This document shows positions 60,275 to 64,000 of a stretch of 64,000 nucleotides of DNA, piece by piece. Source of the stretch: Candidatus Marinacidobacterales bacterium (GTDB taxonomy: Bacteria; Acidobacteriota; Vicinamibacteria; Marinacidobacterales; SMYC01); assembly GCA_965224085.1 (NCBI GenBank), contig CBDCYI010000004.1:1536001-1600000 (forward strand), read 5' to 3'. The first letter of the stretch is position 1. Each line of letters starts with the position of its first letter. A model generated the notes under the pieces. The model searched no databases. It had not been told where the DNA came from and saw only the letters and a program-made list of their open reading frames with translations. The position numbers and the translations under genes are program-made.

Positions 60275-61984
60275 TCACGCCTCCGGTTTCTTCACGCTCT
60301 GGATCTCACCCTGAAACGTATCGATGAACTGCCGCACGAGCGGGTCGCGCCGAGCCCGCTCTTCTAGGTCTTCCGAGGATTTGTTTTCCTTGATGGGCGC
60401 TTCGACGGGTGCTCGGGGCGGCGCATCCTTGCTGGCGCCGTTTTCCTGGACTCGGACGGTGACAGATAGCTTCCGGTTAGCGAGGCGTGAAGCTTGCTCT
60501 TCGAGCAGATCCTTCAACATCTTCTGCTCGAGCTGCTCCGCGAGAACTTTGTGACTAGAAAGAAACTTCAAACTCAGGCGGTTGCCGTCGAGCTCATAGC
60601 TCGCGTGATGACTCACGATCGCGTGGAGCATCGGCTTGGATGTTTTGAGCTGCTCGACGAGTTGGTTCATGAAATCGTTCGAAAGCTCGGACTCGGCCTC
60701 GCCGAGAGGCGGGACTTCGGCCGTCCAGTCTTCCGGGGCGGCCTGAGTCGCTCGCTCCGGCGGTGGCTCTGGCTCAGTCGGTTTCGCGACCGTGCGGGGT
60801 TTCGCCGCAGGCTCAGGCGCTGACCCGGAGGAGGGTGGCGGTGGCTCCCCGGCCACGAGCGCCTCGAAACGCGCGAGCAGATCTTCGAAGGAAGCAAGCT
60901 TTCTGAGCTGCGAGAGCTTCAAGAGAGCGACTTCAACGTGGAAGCGCGGCTCGGGTGACGTACGAAGCTCGATCTCCGTCTGCGTGAGCACCTCGAGCCC
61001 ACGTAGCAAGTCTTCCTCGGAGAGCTCGACCGCGAGCTCCTGGAGCTCCGAGGTCTCACCAGGAAGCTCGAAGAGCTCCGAAGCTTCGGGCGCGACTTTC
61101 GCGACGAGGATGTCGCGCAAATATTGCATGAGCGCTGATATGAAATAACGCAGGTCGCGCCCGCCGCGGACGAGCTCGTCCACGATCTTCAAGATGCGCG
61201 CGGTGTCCTGGCCCACGAGGGCGTCGGCAGTTTGCCGCAGCACGTCCCGCTCGATAAGGCCGAGAAGCTCCGTGACGTCGTGCTCTTCGATCTTTTCGCC
61301 GGAAGCGGCGATCACTTGGTCGAGCGCGGAAATCCCGTCCCGCAGGCTTCCAGTAGCCGCGCGGGCCAACATGCGGATGGCCCCCTCGGGAATCTCGATG
61401 CCCTCGGCGCTCGCGATCATCTGGAGCTGCTGCGCGATCTCGGCGGGCGCGACGGTCCGGAACTCGTATTCCTGGCACCGCGAGAGGATCGTGTCCGGGA
61501 TCTTGTGGTGCTCGGTCGTGGCGAAGATGAACTTCACTGCCGGCGGCGGCTCTTCGAGTGTTTTCAAGAGTGCGTTGAAGGCCGGCGTTGACAGCATGTG
61601 GACTTCGTCGATGATGTAGATCTTGAAGCGATCCCGAGACGGGGCGTAGCGTGCTGCATCGATGATCTCGCGAACCTGCTCGACGCCGTTGTTGCTCGCG
61701 CCGTCGATCTCGAGCACATCGAGCGAGCGCCCGCGCGCGATTTCTTCACAAGCTGGACACGCGCCGCACGGCCGCACCGTAGGACCGTTCTTGCAGTTGA
61801 GCGCTTTCGCGAGAATCCGCGCCGTCGTCGTTTTCCCGACCCCACGAACGCCCGCGAACAGGAACGCGTGGGCAATCCGGTCTTGCTGGATCGCATGGGT
61901 CAGCGTGCGCGTGACCGCTTCCTGACCGACTAGGTCTTCGAATACCTTGGGCCGGTACTTGAGGGCTAGAACTTCGTATGGCAT
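60275..61984 (-). CDS. dnaX: DNA polymerase III gamma/tau
   Basis: LALKYRP, GVRGVGKTT, IDEVHML, SRC. Confidence 0.97.
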   Translation of the reverse strand: MPYEVLALKYRPKVFEDLVGQEAVTRTLTHAIQQDRIAHAFLFAGVRGVGKTTTARILAKALNCKNGPTVRPCGACPACEEIARGRSLDVLEIDGASNNGVEQVREIIDAARYAPSRDRFKIYIIDEVHMLSTPAFNALLKTLEEPPPAVKFIFATTEHHKIPDTILSRCQEYEFRTVAPAEIAQQLQMIASAEGIEIPEGAIRMLARAATGSLRDGISALDQVIAASGEKIEEHDVTELLGLIERDVLRQTADALVGQDTARILKIVDELVRGGRDLRYFISALMQYLRDILVAKVAPEASELFELPGETSELQELAVELSEEDLLRGLEVLTQTEIELRTSPEPRFHVEVALLKLSQLRKLASFEDLLARFEALVAGEPPPPSSGSAPEPAAKPRTVAKPTEPEPPPERATQAAPEDWTAEVPPLGEAESELSNDFMNQLVEQLKTSKPMLHAIVSHHASYELDGNRLSLKFLSSHKVLAEQLEQKMLKDLLEEQASRLANRKLSVTVRVQENGASKDAPPRAPVEAPIKENKSSEDLEERARRDPLVRQFIDTFQGEIQSVKKPEA

Positions 61985-62036
61985 GCCTCTCTGGCTAGAT
62001 GCTATCCTTTTTGCTTCGAATTCGAAGAATATGGAG

Positions 62037-62145
62037 CCCTGCGGCTCAGGCGGCCCGCGGCACAATCGAGGGTCCGCTTACCGCTGCTCCCTTTCGGGTC
62101 TGACGGGGTTCACAGGCTCGACTCGCACGGGACCTGAGCCGCGGG
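62037..62145 (-). ncRNA. ffs: Small SRP RNA (4.5S)
   Basis: TCAGACCCGAAAGGGAGCAGC domain IV within a long hairpin; upstream of dnaX. Confidence 0.9.
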
Positions 62146-62203
62146 ACATTGGCTCGTATTTCGGTGATGGCTACTACTTGCTACCTCTTTGTTAATGACA
62201 GAT

Positions 62204-62293
62204 TGGCGGAGGGGGTGGGATTCGAACCCACGGTACCGTTGCCGGTACACTAGCTTTCCGGGCTAGCCAGATAAGCCACTCTTGCACCCCTCC
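62204..62293 (-). tRNA. tRNA-Ser (GGA)
   Basis: 90 nt, long variable arm, CTAGC-CCGGAAA-GCTAG, GCCA end. Confidence 0.9.
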
Positions 62294-62338
62294 TCCAGGC
62301 TCGTGCTCAGGCAAGGGGCAATTATACCGCAGGCGGAC

Positions 62339-64000
62339 TTACCGGGCCTCGCGGACTTCTCGCGCTTGGATCTCCGCTCCCTCGTGGAGCCCGGAGCCCG
62401 AGCGATCCGCGCGGCGCCGGCGCCATCGATCCGGGATGGTGGTCAAAGCATCGGAGAGCGAGTCCAGGCTGTGATAGGTAACGGGCACGACGACAAGGGT
62501 CAAGACCGTGGCGACCGTTAAACCGAAGATCACAGCCACGCCCATCGGCCCCCACCACTGTGAGGACTGGCCTCCGGGGCTCAGCGCGCCGCGGAAGAAG
62601 TCGATATTGATCCCGAGCGTCAGGGGGATGAGCCCGAGAACGGTCGTGACCGCCGTGAGCAGCACGGGCCGGAGGCGGATGATCCCGGCTTCGATCACGG
62701 CCTTGGTCTTCTCCATCCCGCTCTCACGGAGTTGACGGATGAAATCACACAGCACGATCGCGTTATTGACCACGATGCCGGCGAGCAAGATCACTCCGAT
62801 CCCCGTCATGATGATGCCGAACGGCGTCGCCGTGATGATCAAGCCCCACAAAACTCCGATGAGCGACAGAAGCACAGAGACCATGATCGTGATCGGCAGG
62901 ATGAGGGAGTCGAACTGCGTCACCAGCACGAGCGAAATGAGCAGCACCGCAATCACGAAAGCCCGCTGAAGAAAAGCCTGGGATTCTTGCTCGTCCTGAT
63001 TCGATCCCGCGAAGGACCAGCGGTAGCCCGGAGGAAAGTCGATCTTCGTGAGCCGTGCCGCGACCTCTTGCCGCACGGAATCTTCTGTCCGTCCCGGCGC
63101 GCGCACGACGTCTCCGTCGATGGTCACGACGCGCTTCAAGTCGACGCGGTTGACGGTCGCGGGGCCGACACCGGGCTCGAGCTCAACGAGCGTCCGGAGC
63201 GGAATCGGGATGCCGTCTTCATCCGGTACGGTGAGATCGCCGAGGTCGTCGAGCGAGCCGCGCGCTTCGGGAGCGAGCCGCACGGTAATATCGTACTCGT
63301 CTTCACCGATGCGATATTTCGAGGCCTCCGTGCCACGCAGCGCGGTCTGCACCGTCGTCGCGATCTCCTGAGTATTGACGCCGGCGAGCATGGCTTCGAT
63401 GCGGTCCACGCGCAGCCGCAGCTCCGGCTTGCCGCGATCCAAGTCGTCGTCGAGATTCACGAGACCGGGCACACTCCGAATGCCGGTCTTCACTTCCTGA
63501 GTGAGCCGCGCGAGCCCGTCGAAGTCATCGCCGACGATGCGGATCGTGACGGGCTTTCCAACTTGTGGGCCTTGTTGGGGCTTGTCCACTTTGATCTCCG
63601 CCCCGTCGAGATTCGTGATCGCTTCCCGCACTTCCTCCATCGTAAGGAGGGAGTTTCTTCGCTCGCGCTCCTGGCGATCGACGAGATCCAACGTAATGCG
63701 GCTGTTGTTCGAAACCCCGCCGCTACCGCCCCCGAGCACGTCACCGCCCCCGATGCTGATGCCTTTTGAGCCGATATTGGCCACGGTATGTAGAAGGTCC
63801 TTGGTATTTCCGGTTCTGGATTCGATGCGGCGCACGACTTCGTCCGAGGTCTCGAGCGTCGCGCCGCTCGGCGCCTCGACGTCCACGAAGATTTGCTCCG
63901 GGTCCATCTCCGGAAAGAACTCCATCCCCTGTCCGACAACGCCGTAAGCCACAAGAGTGAACGCGAAAAGCGCTCCCATCGTCCAAATGGCGGCCGAGCG
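62339..64000 (-). CDS. AcrB/AcrD/AcrF-family RND transporter, C-terminal part (runs off the window)
   Basis: GIVVNNAIVL, RLRPVLLTA.TTVLGLIP, PMGVAVIFGL. Confidence 0.93.
   Translation of the reverse strand, partial: RSAAIWTMGALFAFTLVAYGVVGQGMEFFPEMDPEQIFVDVEAPSGATLETSDEVVRRIESRTGNTKDLLHTVANIGSKGISIGGGDVLGGGSGGVSNNSRITLDLVDRQERERRNSLLTMEEVREAITNLDGAEIKVDKPQQGPQVGKPVTIRIVGDDFDGLARLTQEVKTGIRSVPGLVNLDDDLDRGKPELRLRVDRIEAMLAGVNTQEIATTVQTALRGTEASKYRIGEDEYDITVRLAPEARGSLDDLGDLTVPDEDGIPIPLRTLVELEPGVGPATVNRVDLKRVVTIDGDVVRAPGRTEDSVRQEVAARLTKIDFPPGYRWSFAGSNQDEQESQAFLQRAFVIAVLLISLVLVTQFDSLILPITIMVSVLLSLIGVLWGLIITATPFGIIMTGIGVILLAGIVVNNAIVLCDFIRQLRESGMEKTKAVIEAGIIRLRPVLLTAVTTVLGLIPLTLGINIDFFRGALSPGGQSSQWWGPMGVAVIFGLTVATVLTLVVVPVTYHSLDSLSDALTTIPDRWRRRRADRSGSGLHEGAEIQAREVREAR

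Noticed and set aside
60275-61984. dnaX programmed -1 frameshift site
   Set aside because: No A AAA AAG or poly-A slippery run noticed in the coding strand

Overview
High-GC bacterial chromosome segment. The PD40-repeat Ser/Thr kinase, Hfq-like protein, cohesin-tailed secretin cluster and recR-mglB order suggest Acidobacteriota (inference). 1-39.7 kb is mostly backbone: OPT transporter with a PqqD-like protein, kinase, EgtB/SenA-like enzyme, a candidate 6S-like RNA, DUF4388/PilZ/cNMP genes, tmk-holB-hfq, smpB, a ~13.5 kb T2SS/type IV pilus-like operon, IS200, ligD, a vapBC pair, an FAD/FeS oxidoreductase, a TRAP transporter, Smr and tRNA-Sec. 39.8-59.2 kb is a mobile-element graveyard: three IS6, two IS5, IS256, rve elements, an RT-deleted group II intron, split tyrosine integrases, cargo genes, tRNA-Ala and glnA. 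59.2-64 kb returns to core genes: truncated mglB, recR, ybaB, dnaX, SRP RNA, tRNA-Ser and an RND pump. The main result is a reconstructable history: an island integrated into tRNA-Sec duplicating the 5' half of the gene, its integrase was then split and inverted by an IS6 with a surrogate end, and an IS6 translocatable unit (radical SAM + thioesterase) was later added. All calls come from motif recognition by eye; no database searches were run.
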